Below, one piece after another: positions 11,614 through 23,415 of a stretch of 64,000 nt of DNA. The notes beneath the pieces are model-generated. The model did no database searches. It had not been told where the DNA came from and saw only the letters and a program-made list of their open reading frames with translations. The stretch's first letter is position 1. Each line of letters starts with the position of its first letter. The DNA comes from Curvularia clavata. Its lineage: Eukaryota. The stretch covers positions 1,860,001 through 1,924,000 of the forward strand of contig CP089274.1 of NCBI GenBank assembly GCA_023920165.1. The letters are read 5' to 3'. The translations under genes were made by a program, and so were the position numbers.

Positions 11614-14600
11614 AGAGAAGAATGGCACCAACTAGCCATCAAGGAAGGACGCAGCAGGGGGGCCTTTGACGTAGCGTGCATATTTCCAGTGGTAAATATT
11701 TCGATTGGGCGTTTCAGCAGACGAGTCAGGCGCTGGTGTGATCAGGCGTGGGTTGGTGTTCAGGGAATAGGGCGGGCGTTAATTTTCCTTGCTACTACAC
11801 CTAGATTGGGAGACAGATACTGTACCTCGCTACTTTGTATCTCTCGAGATAGACGATTAGGGACTGGCGTACGGCGTTTCGCTTTACTTTACTGTGTACG
11901 GTATGCATGCGAGAATTTAGGCTCACGAAGTCACCTCATTTTTTTTTTGCTGCTTGTGTATTTTGTGCACGAGCATTACAGCTTTCTTGGAAAAGTGAGT
12001 TTACTTGCGGACATGTGTAGCGAGAGGGATGGAGCGATGTAACGGTGTTTTGCTGAACCGGGTTTTCGACGCAGTGATAATTTGTCTCCCCCCATGCAGT
12101 GTGCCAGTATGAGAATGGCAATCAAAGTTACGAAGGATTGGACAAGACTACGCGCCTACACCGTATCGTCCTTGCACCAAGCAGGAACAAGGGTATGGGG
12201 CATTTGCAAAAGCCCATGTGGAAGCGCGGCCCTTTTTTGCTCAAATCCTTGGTCCGAGTGTTGTTTTTTGGCTAGGATCCCCTCGCTCGCTCGCTTGCGG
12301 TTACCCAAGTTCTAGCAGTTTGGTAGCAGGGTTAGGCGAACGTTAAGGATTCTGGGGCTGAGATTGTGATGGGATTCCGCTTGTGAAGAGCAGCTAGTGT
12401 GTTTGGGAGAGCGAGCGAGAAAGCGACACTGTGTCTCGCAAACATGACTTGGAGACCCGTAAACAGCGCCTCGCTCATGAATCAATTGGCTGGGATACAA
12501 GTCTATCAATCACGATGATGGAAAGAGTATGTAGCTGTGCAGTACACCAATGCAGCATATGATCCCATCAGCAGCATCATCATTATCATTACAACCTCTA
12601 CCACCATAATCTCACCGCTACGCCCCGCAACACACACCAACAGCCCACTACCACCTTCCCTTCTCTCCTCAACCTCACCCCATCAGCCCTAATCTCCTGC
12701 CGCCAGCCGCCCAGCCGTCCTACAGACCCGCCCCATCTGCCGAACCCGCGCCCATTATCCCAATCTAAACCATGGAAAAACTCCCTACACCGATAGATGC
12801 AGATGCACCGTGAGAACGTCGCCTACCCCTGTCTCATCTATGGCTCTCTCTGTCTCTGACCTCACACCGGATGTATATACGTTATGTGCATACATCCATC
12901 GAACAAGGGTGTGTATATGCACCAACAGAATCCATCTTCATAGGCGTACATATGGTACCTATCCAACTGCACCCACGTTCGCTCGCTCACCCCTGCCCTG
13001 TACGTATCCGCGCCCCTGGTTCTAGAAGCCCTGCCCCCCTCCCCGCCCTTAGCGTGTATCGCGAACAGCGTTTGTCCCAGAAACATGATCCAGCATGCAG
13101 TCAAGTTGGAAGGTATACCTATCTACCAAACGTGCAGCCAGTAAACTCGTTCGTTGGTTGGCGTACGTCGTATATGCTTTGCACTTCACTCGTACTCGCG
13201 CTCGCATTCGGCTTCCAACCCTACCCACACCCGTATGGTATACACCAAACACCTTCGCGCATCTTGGCAACGTTTGCTTTTTTCCCCCATCCCCTCTATT
13301 TTCTACCATTCTGCACTGCTACTATCTATGACCCATGAGCTGAGCCACTACGCAGAATCACAATCCTTCCTCCATCCTTCGTCGTTGCTGCGTCTTGCTC
13401 ACGGACGTTTTTCCAGTTCGCTTGATTCTGCTGCTTTGGGACTAGTGCTGGGTAGGGGTAGGCGAGCGAGAGCAACATGCAAGATGCAGGTCGGGATGCT
13501 AACGTACGCTTGTGCGCCGGTGGAGTGGGTAAAGGTGGGGTTTTGGGCATAACTAGATAGGGGATGGAGGGACAGATGCAGCGAGAGGGAGAGAGAGGGA
13601 TTTTTTCCGTTGGTTCTGGAAAGTGGGTTGGCATGTTGTTGGCGCGGTGCGAGTAAGATGGAAGTGGGTTGGGCGAAGGGAGATGCGGATGCGAAAAAGT
13701 GTATGACGATGGTGGCGGTGGTAGGGTGAATAGCGCGCTCTCGGGCAATTTGTAAATGCTTTGATGCTTGGTCATATGTTTCTGTTATATGGGTTTTGGG
13801 CTTTATTTCTTTTTACGCCTTTGCCGCGTGTGCTGAGAGTTGAGGTCTGAGTCTGTTACTATGGCTGTCTACGTGTAGAGCTTTGTGCGGGAAGAGGTGT
13901 GGTGTGAGGCTGAATAGTACAGGTGCAGGCTTGTGCATGTATAGCCCAAGGCAGAATTGGTTGTATCCAGTGTTCTTCTTGTGATGTCCTTGCATTTTAT
14001 TCAGAATTTATAACTCCAGCCTTGAGGTAATTTGCGGTAGAACAGTAGCAGGTGCAAGGCTTCCAAGGATTAAGAGGCGCTAGCAACGCTACTATCACCC
14101 GGAAGTGATGATGTCCTCGAAAAGAGTATCTTTGCACCCTGATCTCTGAATTCGAACTAATCATAGCAAAGCTTCCCTCGTATAGGGCCAATCTCACAGA
14201 TTTATGGCCAGATTACCCACTGTCAAATTACTGCTAGGCTATGGGTTTCACTGAAGATGATGTCTTGAGCATAAGAGCTACTGATTTGAAGACAACCAGT
14301 CGGAGGCAGAAAACCCACATGTCGACTTACAGAAGTGTGTCACATTGGCTAACGTGGAATTAATACTATTCTTCATATAAAAATACAAGTATAGGGAATC
14401 ATTTCAAGTAATCAAGCGGGGACATACTAAGAGGCGGTGTGCTTTTTAAGTACACAGCAGTGGGAAAAGACCCCAACGGATCAATCTTATGCTTCTTTCC
14501 TCGGAATTGTGATATATTACAAGTACAATGACAATTGACTGCACACATATGTGTATCCAGTCTATATCTGCAAACCCACAGATCCATGACCTAACACCAT

Positions 14601-14699
14601 CTTGTCATACATCAAGCCAATCTATCCAATCGAAGTTTGATGCTTCAAAACCTGATACATACGCTATCGAAGCACCTCATAGTACAGCAGTCGACATTA

Positions 14700-16771
14700 T
14701 TAAGCCATATTTGTCAACTTGCTTGAAAAAAGATGCGCCGAATTCTTGTGTCGAAAATATTTGCTATGATCGCTCCCAGGCGCTTTGAACGGCCAGTTCC
14801 TATACGCATCTAACAACTCCTCAATCATCTCAGGCGTGAGTAGTCTGACCCTCAGATGCTTCATCTGCAGCCTACCCCCTTTCTTGGGATCTTTGAGGCT
14901 CGGGCACTCTTCGATGAGGTCGCTAAGCCCGTGCTGCATTTTGTCGAGAGCTTCAATGATGCTGTCGGAGGGGTTAGCGTAGAGGCCGTGGATAAAGTCT
15001 TGCAACCATTCGTAGTGGTCGGGGTATGTGGTGTTGGGTTGGGGGATGGGCTCGGTGGAGACAAGGGAGACACGGTTTGTGGGCCAGAATTCATTTGTAC
15101 GCATGACTAGGGGCTCGAACGGGCGTGAATCCCACTGGATACGTGGGCTGGGAGGTGCACGTAGAGCGAGACGGTCGTCGAGCTCCGTAGCTGGTGCACG
15201 GTGGTAGTTTTGAGGAAGCTTTTCGTTTTCCTTTTCCCAGCTGGCGTCGAGCTTCTCTAACTCTGACATGGCTGCGTCTTTCTTGGGCCCGTCTTCCATG
15301 CTGAGAATTTTGCCTTCGAGGTTGTAAAGAGCCTCGCCAATGTCGGCTATGGCTTCAATTTGAGTTTTGAGCCGCTGCGTGAAATTTGTTGGTGCACAGT
15401 CGGAGATGTATTTTCGAATTGGCTCTTTTCCAGGATGTTTGTCAGAAACGATACCTTTGCGTGACTTGGCGTCTACAATCGATGTTCCTGTAGGGATTTT
15501 GACATCCGGATACTGCTCTCGTAGAGTCTTTTCTGTTTCGTAATGTTCGATGAGGCCTTCGCTCAGGAGACCGGTAGTTTGTTTGCCGGCCAACTGTTGG
15601 TCATGAAGATAGCTGTTTATCTCCGCGCTTCTTGTTATACCTGTGCCTTCAGACATGCGCTCGATGTCGGCAGCAAAATCGTGGATATAGTCGCGTCGAT
15701 GGGACGGAAGTTCTATGCCCTTTTCCTTGCCTCTCTTCAAAGCACGAACGATGCTCTCAATTGCATACTGTGGCTCACGTCCCGAAGAGCCTTTTCCCAA
15801 TTTCCGCGGGGTTTGCTCTCCAGTTACGATTACATTGATATTCTGGGACATTTCCGTGAATCGATTCGTCTTGTACATGGTGCTGATAGAATCGGCCATT
15901 GTAGGGCCAAAGTCCTCCTGTAGCATCCAAAACAGACTGCGAACAAGACCGTATGCATGGAACAACTCGTTGCCTCGTGCGGCGGTACCAAGATGGTAAT
16001 GAAGCTGTTTAGCCATGGAGTCAAATCCGAGACCCGGCAAACTAGGGTCCCAGATTAGAGAACCCGTCACCAGCATGGTATTGTTCGGCTCCTGCGCCTT
16101 CGGGTCGCGTGGGTCCCGTATCGTCTGGTGAGGAAAGACGCCATCTGCAACTATATCTCTGTATGTTTGGAGATCGGTTGGATCTTTCGATATCAGCGAG
16201 TACTTGGAGCCCCGTGCATTGAGGAGAGGGTCAAGGAAGTCCTTGAATTTGTCGAGGCGAGGTTCGAGTAGCACATGGCTTCGTGGCTTGAGGTACTCGT
16301 GGAGCTTCTGAGACCATAGTCCGGCGCCGGGATTGATGTCGAGGATGTCACAACCTTTGTGTTTTTGTAAAGTATGGTCGGCATATTTGATTACATCATC
16401 TGCATACAGGCCATCAGCCCCAGTCTGACCAAGCATATGTTGAGAGGACGCGACATACCACACAGATCGGGACTTACAATTTGTGCTCTCACATGGACAC
16501 CTCCAGCCATGGCCGAGCCGCCTACATTTGCCCCTCTCCTTCTCTTGACCTTGGTTTCGAAAGAAGGATGTATCACCTTTTTCATAGTAAGGCTCAATGG
16601 ATATTTTTCATCTACTGCCAGCTTCTCTTCGCTCCAGTAGCTGGTCGCACCCTTAGGGCGCCCGGTTTTGCCACCATGTCTGATGGTCGCGAAGCGAGTC
16701 TGGCTCAGCTGGAGGAAAGCTGCGTTCGGCCGCCATATGTTGCGCGATATCGTCGGGCGTATGCGAATCAT
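14700..16771 (-). CDS. Mitochondrial transcription factor Mtf1/mtTFB-like (rRNA adenine dimethylase fold), ~670 aa
   Basis: Exons 16771-16459 and 16399-14700 (GTATGT...GCTGAT...CAG). Arg-rich presequence-like N-terminus (MIRIRPTISRNIWR), then IVSPDLCDDVIKY...CDILDINPGAGLWSQKLH...PRSHVLLE, FHAYGLVRSLFW and C-terminal RVRLLTPEM...WPF. Confidence 0.75.
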
Positions 16772-17110
16772 CAAGGCGTGCAATGAGTCGATTGATTCGA
16801 TCTGCCCATAAAGTTGAATCGCCGCGGGGATTTGCACTACTATGAGATAACGCGCTTATCTGCACGTGCTCACGCGTGTTCGATCAGGCTGTCACGTGCC
16901 TTTGTTCCACCTGGGATAATGTCTTGAACAAAAGTCATGTATACGTCAGAGAATAATACGATGAGAGGCCAATCTAATCATTAGCTAATGTTCCTCGCTT
17001 AGTATGTAGTACATGATGTAGTCTATCTGAGAACAGAAGGTGGCTCCACCCCCATAGCGCACAATGAGGCCTCCAAGGCGTCCAAACTGTGTCTTCCCCT
17101 CCATGCCGCC

Positions 17111-18409
17111 ATGTCAAAACCCTCCCACAACATCCTCATCATAGGTGCTGGAACATGGGGATGTTCAATCGCTTTGGAGCTCGCCCGCCGCGGCTACACT
17201 TCCATCACTGTACTGGACGGCAGCCTGTTCCCTTCTCCCATCTCGGCTGGCAACGATCTCAACAAGATTGCTGAGGAAGCAAACGAGCCTTCCGACTCTG
17301 ACAGCGATGAAGACTACTTCTGGAACCGTGTCACTCAGCTTGCCATGCATGCTTGGAAGCATGACCCCGTTTTCTCGTCTTATTACCACGATACAGGTTT
17401 CATTATGGCGGCTGTAGGAGAGGAAGCCTACGAGCGTTGTGTGCAGTATGCAAAAAGAGAAAGTAATACGCCGGTGGCTTTGAACAGTAAAGAAGACTTC
17501 CAGCGTACGATGCCGAACGACATATTACAGGGCGCCTTTGCAGGCTGGAGGGGGTTTTGGAAGAAAGAAGGTGCAGGATGGGTGTTTGCGAGCGGTGCTC
17601 TGAGAGCCATGCATGACGAGGCTATAAGACTAGGCGTGATATTCATGACAGGACCAGCGGGAAATGTTCAAGAATTGCTCTATAGCCCAGACAAAAGTCT
17701 CGTCACAGGAGTGAGAACGACAAGTGGAGCTGAGCTCGTTGCGAAACAGGTCATCCTAGCAGCTGGAGCAAACAGCGATCAAATCCTGGATTTCGAGAAA
17801 CAACTTCGGCCTACGGCTTGGACATTGGCACACATACCTCTCTCCACCGAAGAGGCAGAGCACTATCGAAACTTACCTGTACTGTATGGTGTGGATCGAG
17901 GTTTCTTCATTGAGCCAGACGTTGAGCATCACGAGATGAAGCTCTGTGACGAACACCCGGGATATATTAACCCAGTTTTTAGTGATGGAGAGATGCGCTC
18001 CGTTCCATTTTCCCGCCATCAGATACCCAAGGAAGCCGAATCACGTATACGTCTCCTTCTCTCGGAAACTATGCCCCAATTTGCCGAACGCAGCTTCAGT
18101 TTCGCCCGCATGTGCTGGGATGCGGATACGGTTGATCGCATGTTTCTTATTGATAGACATCCCAGGATACTAAATTTGACTGTGGCTGTTGGCGGATCTG
18201 GGAATGGTTATATGGCATGTCCCGCCATTGGAGCCCTCGTTGGTGATGTGCTTGAAAATAAGGGAGACGAGAGGTTGAGGAAGGCGATCAAATGGCGGCC
18301 GGAGATCAGCGTGGGGCGAGACTGGTGGGATACTCAGGGCCGGTATGGTGGCCATGGAAAAGTGATGGATCTTCGAGACGTGAAGGAGTGGATTACGACA
18401 ACAGTATAG
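17111..18409 (+). CDS. FAD-dependent fructosyl-amino-acid oxidase (amadoriase; sarcosine/pipecolate oxidase family)
   Basis: Intronless 432 aa ORF; ILIIGAGTWGCS dinucleotide-binding motif, PSPISAGNDLNKI, QLRPTAWTLAHI, GFFIEPD, KLCDEHPGY, RMCWDADT.DR.FLIDRHP, GGSGNG. Confidence 0.88.
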   Translation: MSKPSHNILIIGAGTWGCSIALELARRGYTSITVLDGSLFPSPISAGNDLNKIAEEANEPSDSDSDEDYFWNRVTQLAMHAWKHDPVFSSYYHDTGFIMAAVGEEAYERCVQYAKRESNTPVALNSKEDFQRTMPNDILQGAFAGWRGFWKKEGAGWVFASGALRAMHDEAIRLGVIFMTGPAGNVQELLYSPDKSLVTGVRTTSGAELVAKQVILAAGANSDQILDFEKQLRPTAWTLAHIPLSTEEAEHYRNLPVLYGVDRGFFIEPDVEHHEMKLCDEHPGYINPVFSDGEMRSVPFSRHQIPKEAESRIRLLLSETMPQFAERSFSFARMCWDADTVDRMFLIDRHPRILNLTVAVGGSGNGYMACPAIGALVGDVLENKGDERLRKAIKWRPEISVGRDWWDTQGRYGGHGKVMDLRDVKEWITTTV

Positions 18410-21400
18410 TACGTCTATGTTTAAGTTTAGCCAAAAGTAAGGTAAATTCTAGGATGTTTGGCTCATACTGTGCGAAATACAATGACTTCGCGGGTTGGAG
18501 TGCACGCAGGACTGGAACAAAGAAGCAAGTGCGCATTAGCAAGCATATTGAACACGACCAGGGCATACAAGCACACTGTGGTAAACATTTGCACCATTTA
18601 ATTTGTCCTCATCAGGGGTTTCAGGCGACGGTGGTCTGTAGGCAAAGTCGGAATCTGAATAAGGGCTGATATTCAGCGTGTCTCGGGAAATCACCCTCAT
18701 CATCGTAAATTCAATAATCGACTTCAAAAAACTCACAGCCTAGCATTGTACACTCAGCCCTCAGAGTTACTCCCGATGGTATTGGACCTGAAAAACTTGG
18801 GCTGTGCAGCTTCAGGCCCGCTGCGATCAGACCTTTTGTGCTTTGTTAGTTTAGGTATCCCAGCACTATTGGAAGTTGTCTTTTGCATACTCACCGCCAC
18901 CGCTCCGCCATTGCGTACAAGACAATATACCCACCAGCCCCACTTGGAATGAAGACTGAAGCCTATTCTGCAATTGGTCATAACAGCTGAAAATTTCATA
19001 AATTCGGCGACGCAAGAAATGAATCGAGGCTGTGTAGGATAGACACGAGCACTGCCACGTTACACTGCTACCCTTACCCTCATCTTTGTCTCAGTTTTGG
19101 TCAACGAATTGCAAGTAGCAGCAAATTTCAAGAATAGCTTTGTTAGAAATGATTTAGACAAAGGGAGCAGGTATGCCCGGATGAGTCGTCTATCCTCATA
19201 CATTCGGGCCGCGGTGCTTGGGCGAATTTCAACACGGTTTGTTTAGCTCGAGACGTTGAAGACATGTAAAAATCTACATTGATGTAGTGATGGCTGCTGC
19301 GGCAGCCCTTCCCATATTATGGTCGGGGTATCCCGTCAGTCAATTGTCGATGAAGGGTTTGAAGCTGTGTGTTGTGTGTGTGTGGCAGGGATGCCTAGAG
19401 AGCTGCAGCAACATTTGCAAAATGAACTACACTTGTGGGCCGCATCCGACGGTGCTCCCGATGACAGACGGTTCATTATGTCTCGGGAAGCACTTGAACT
19501 ATATTCAGATAAGATGGGATGTTGCAAGTTGTCACAGTGGTTCCATAACGGTCATTCGACAAGCTCCAGGGGCAAGAAATGCAAGAGGGACCTGAGTTCG
19601 GAATCATTTAAAGTGGTCTGATTATGACGAATGAGGTAGAGTCTTTGTGCGGTACCTGTAAATGGGCCGCGATCTTTGCTTTTGTTGATCGAAGTCATCA
19701 CCGCGGGACACTCTGTCATCGCCTCTCGGGGGGCTGCGGCAAGGATACATGTTGGAGATAGCGCAGTCTGTTTCAGGAACCGGGTAGGTTGCAAGTGGAA
19801 ACTAGCAATACCATAGCCGGGATTAGGGAGGCCTTGAACGACCCTCTAGGCACCACTTCGGTAGCACTATACTACTGGACTGTCAAGTCAGCCTCGCTCT
19901 AGTGTAGATCTCCCTTGTCCCTGGAGACGGAGACACTGCTTGTGGGAGTAGGTGACTCCAGGATTAGCAACTGAGAAGTGTCGAATGGCGAACTGCGGAT
20001 TGAGTCAATAGATGGTCGATTAATGTCCACTGTCGTGTGGGCTGTGTAGTGGGCCGAGGGGTGCAGGTATGGGATGGAAGAGGTAGGTGAGTTTATGCTA
20101 TCGAGCAGGGCAGGTGCGAGCAGTTAGTGCTGTAGGTAGTGGTTGCTTGGACGGCAGGATCGAGGGGCAGTCAGTACTCGTAGGGAAGCTGCCAGTGAAG
20201 CATGTCATCAAGCACGCTTTGTCATTAGGTTTAGGGGGCGCCTCTCGTCTACAACTACGCGCCGTCTTGCATCAACAACGGGAAGCCAATCCTCACTGCA
20301 TGTGAGTGGCTGTCGGGATAGCGCACCGAGATCTTGTGCGCCAGCGGGCACCGTCCATGGCCATGCTGGCGAGCGACCAATGCTCTCCCAGCCTCGAGTT
20401 CATCTTTGCCGCTCCTGGAACCAAACCGATTGAGAATGCAAATTTGCACCATCCGTCATACATACAATCACACTACCGGTCGTGGATCACCACCGCGTAT
20501 ACTCCAAGGAGAGGTACAACGCAGACTACTGAACTTGGCTTGCGTGCCGTTGCTTGTCAGTGTACCCATACTGCAAATGGGTCTCGCGATCGTGCTCGAC
20601 AATGACGCAGGTGTTGTCCCGCATCCTCTGATGTGATGGTCCAAGGCTGCTGCGCCCCTACGTCACCAGCAGAGGAAGAAGATGCGGCCAGAGAATGCAA
20701 CGGCTTCTGCCGTCGAGGCATGCTTGCTCAGAATGCGTGTCGCAGCAGGCGGCTTAATACAAAAAGCACATGACGATTCTCACCAAGCAAGTTTACCCGC
20801 AGGGACGTTGCCGGGCGCTTCGACGACGATTCTCGACGGCTTTTGGCCAGTGTGTGGATCCGCAGTGGCTAGTCTTTGAGCCTGTTGGACATGTTTCTTC
20901 CTGTGGTGCGCAGCCATGTCGGATGCACGAGACCGGCAGGCTGCCACGCCTTTGGCTGCGCAGCGCGAGTCGTGATTTGAAATGCAATCAAACTGTTGTC
21001 GCAGGAGGTTGCTTGGGGCAATACCGTACCTTGTAGGTTGGTAGGCGGAATGGCCGACTAACATCCGACGACGAGACTGAGGGCGTGAAACGTCGCTTGC
21101 CCAGACCCTGCTGTGCGAGGGCTTGGTGGGCATGCCTGCAGGGTTTAAAAATATCCCACACGGCTCCCGGCCCAAGAGAAATGGAGGTAGCGCGGGGCGT
21201 GTGTCCATCCATGCACGACGCCAAATTTTTGCCGGCGTAAGCGACTGAACTCAGGCCGCTTTTTGTCGCTTTGCACTCCCATGCTGCGATCGGCAGTCCA
21301 CCATCTCCAAAGCCATGGAAAGGCCATCTCGAGAGCCCCTCACCTGGCTATACACGCTACGGCCCTGCTCATGTCGCTCTCCACCGCCCGCCGCACTAGT

Positions 21401-22536
21401 CAGGCCTGTGTGGCTTTGGATGCCGTTGCAGGTTGGCTCGCTCGCTCGCGGGCTGGCTGGCCCCCCCTCCACTTCCCCCCGGCTGGCCCCGTTGCGATGC
21501 CGTGTCGTGTTTCTCCCAACCCCAAAGGGCATGCACGGAGGATTCTGTGCAGACGACGTCGCCAGAGGGCCTGATCGGCCGTTGGCCAGGTTTCTTCGCA
21601 TGAACGTCGGCGGCGGGTGGTTCCCAAGCGAAGTGGTGGATGCTCTCGTCGCACCGTAGGCTAAACCCTAGTCGGCCGCCTCCCAGGCCAGCGCGCTAGA
21701 GCAGTGTCCTCGCCGTCAGGGCGGTACCTTCATTCACAAGGATTAGCTAGCCGGCCCACGAGGCTCACTCGCTCTCCACCGCAATTGTGAAAGGGTTATG
21801 CACCCGAGCTCGAATGGGACCAGCGGTATCAGATTTGGGAGGCCAGCGCAGCGAGCGTTAGCCAAATCACCCTCGCTCGATAATCACCGCCGGCACTGCT
21901 CCCTCGATCGGATATGTGCCCCGAGTAAGATGCCTCCTCCGTGCCCAATACTGGCTTCCTCTCTCGACTGTGCTCTGCATTTGGTTTTAGCATCTATGTG
22001 TCTCTGTCCATGTATGTACATACAGTACACGAGGCCCTCAACACCTGCTCACTGCTCACTGCTCACTCCTCTTCTCTCGTCTCCCTTTTTCTCTTCGGGC
22101 CTGATATATTCCCCCCCTCTAAATCTTGATTCGTCCCGGCCCCGAGTGGAGATTGAGGGCACTGCAAGACATTGCCAACACCGCCACTACCCGCCACTCC
22201 TTCTCGACAAGTCTCACGCCCCCCCAGCCTTACCGTTGTGGAGAGGCCCCTAGTACGGTGCCGGGCTAATCCTGTACACCCCGGACTAGCAGCCTTACCA
22301 TACCCTAAACCCTAGAGTCTGGGTCTGTGCCTTAAGACTGGATCATTCTCACCCATCTGCTGGACTTCCCGCTTAGAACGCACTGGCCTACTTCTCTCGC
22401 ATGATATACAACGCACGTTGGCGTCCACTCATCACCATTTGAAGACACCAGATTCCCCTTGTTTACCACAGAACCAGCCCTCCTCCCGCAACCTGTTCTT
22501 GGACCTCTTGTATACTCAACCCCGCTTACCCTCAGC

Positions 22537-23415
22537 ATGGCTTTCTTCTCTACTGAGGCAGAGCTGGCACTCATGGCGCCGGATGACGGCATGGGTCACC
22601 TGTACCCCTCCAGTACATGCCAATCACCTCCAAGCATCATGTACTCACCACCTCTCCACCATATGCCACACCGACCGTCGACAACCATGGCCGCCAACAG
22701 TAGAATGTACACGCCTCCACAAGAATACCGACCCATGATGGAATCGCCCTACCCTGCCCACCCCTTCTGGACCTCGCAGCCTCAGTCGATGCCGATGCCT
22801 CAAGTATCGTCGTACGCCTATCCTCCCTTCAGTGACATGGGATCTCCTCCGATTCTGTCCCACGATTCTACTCTGCTCTCCCAATACCCGGGCGCCACGC
22901 GGCCATCGAGATCGCACTCGACATCCTCATCAGTAGGTCATGGTATTGCGTCGAGTGTGCCCTCGGAGACTTCGCCACCAGCACTGTCGCGGTCCCTTTC
23001 GCCCTCGTCGCCTGACCTTCGAGCGTACGGAATCCCCAACAAGAACGGCACATGGAGCTGTGCGTACCCGGGATGTACGTCGAGAGCCGTCTTTACCAGG
23101 GGATGCGACCTCCGAAAGCACCACAAGCGACACACCAAATCCTTCTTCTGCAGGCACACTGACTGCCCGCAATCCCAAGGGGGAGGATTCTCCAGCAAGA
23201 AGGACCTTGCCCGACATGAGGCAAAACACAACCCGGGCGTCCTGTGCGACTGGGACGGGTGTGACCGAGTTTTCAGCCGTGTGGATAACATGGTAAGCTT
23301 TAGTGGCTCCATTTTCCTAAAGGGGAAGCATAATGCTAATGGATTTGTGTAGAGAGACCACGTCAAGAGAATCCACCTCAAGTCTTCGCGGAAGTCGTCG
23401 ACAACGTCGGCATAA
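22537..23415 (+). CDS. C2H2 zinc-finger transcription factor (three fingers), ~272 aa
   Basis: Exons 22537-23292 and 23353-23415 (GTAAGC...GCTAAT...TAG); the intron completes finger 3: CAYPGC...DLRKHHKRH, CRHTDC...DLARHEAKH, CDWDGC...FSRVDNMRDHVKRIH. Start codon uncertain. Confidence 0.9.

Noticed and set aside
12328..12336. AGGGTTAGG as a telomerase RNA template; also CCCTAAACCCTA-like motifs near 21661 and 22303
   Set aside because: Single short matches expected by chance or as promoter elements; no pseudoknot or other telomerase RNA element recognised.
19260..19621. Cys-rich ORF fragments downstream of the amadoriase
   Set aside because: Cysteines largely derive from a TG-repeat; no start context, splice support or known motif.
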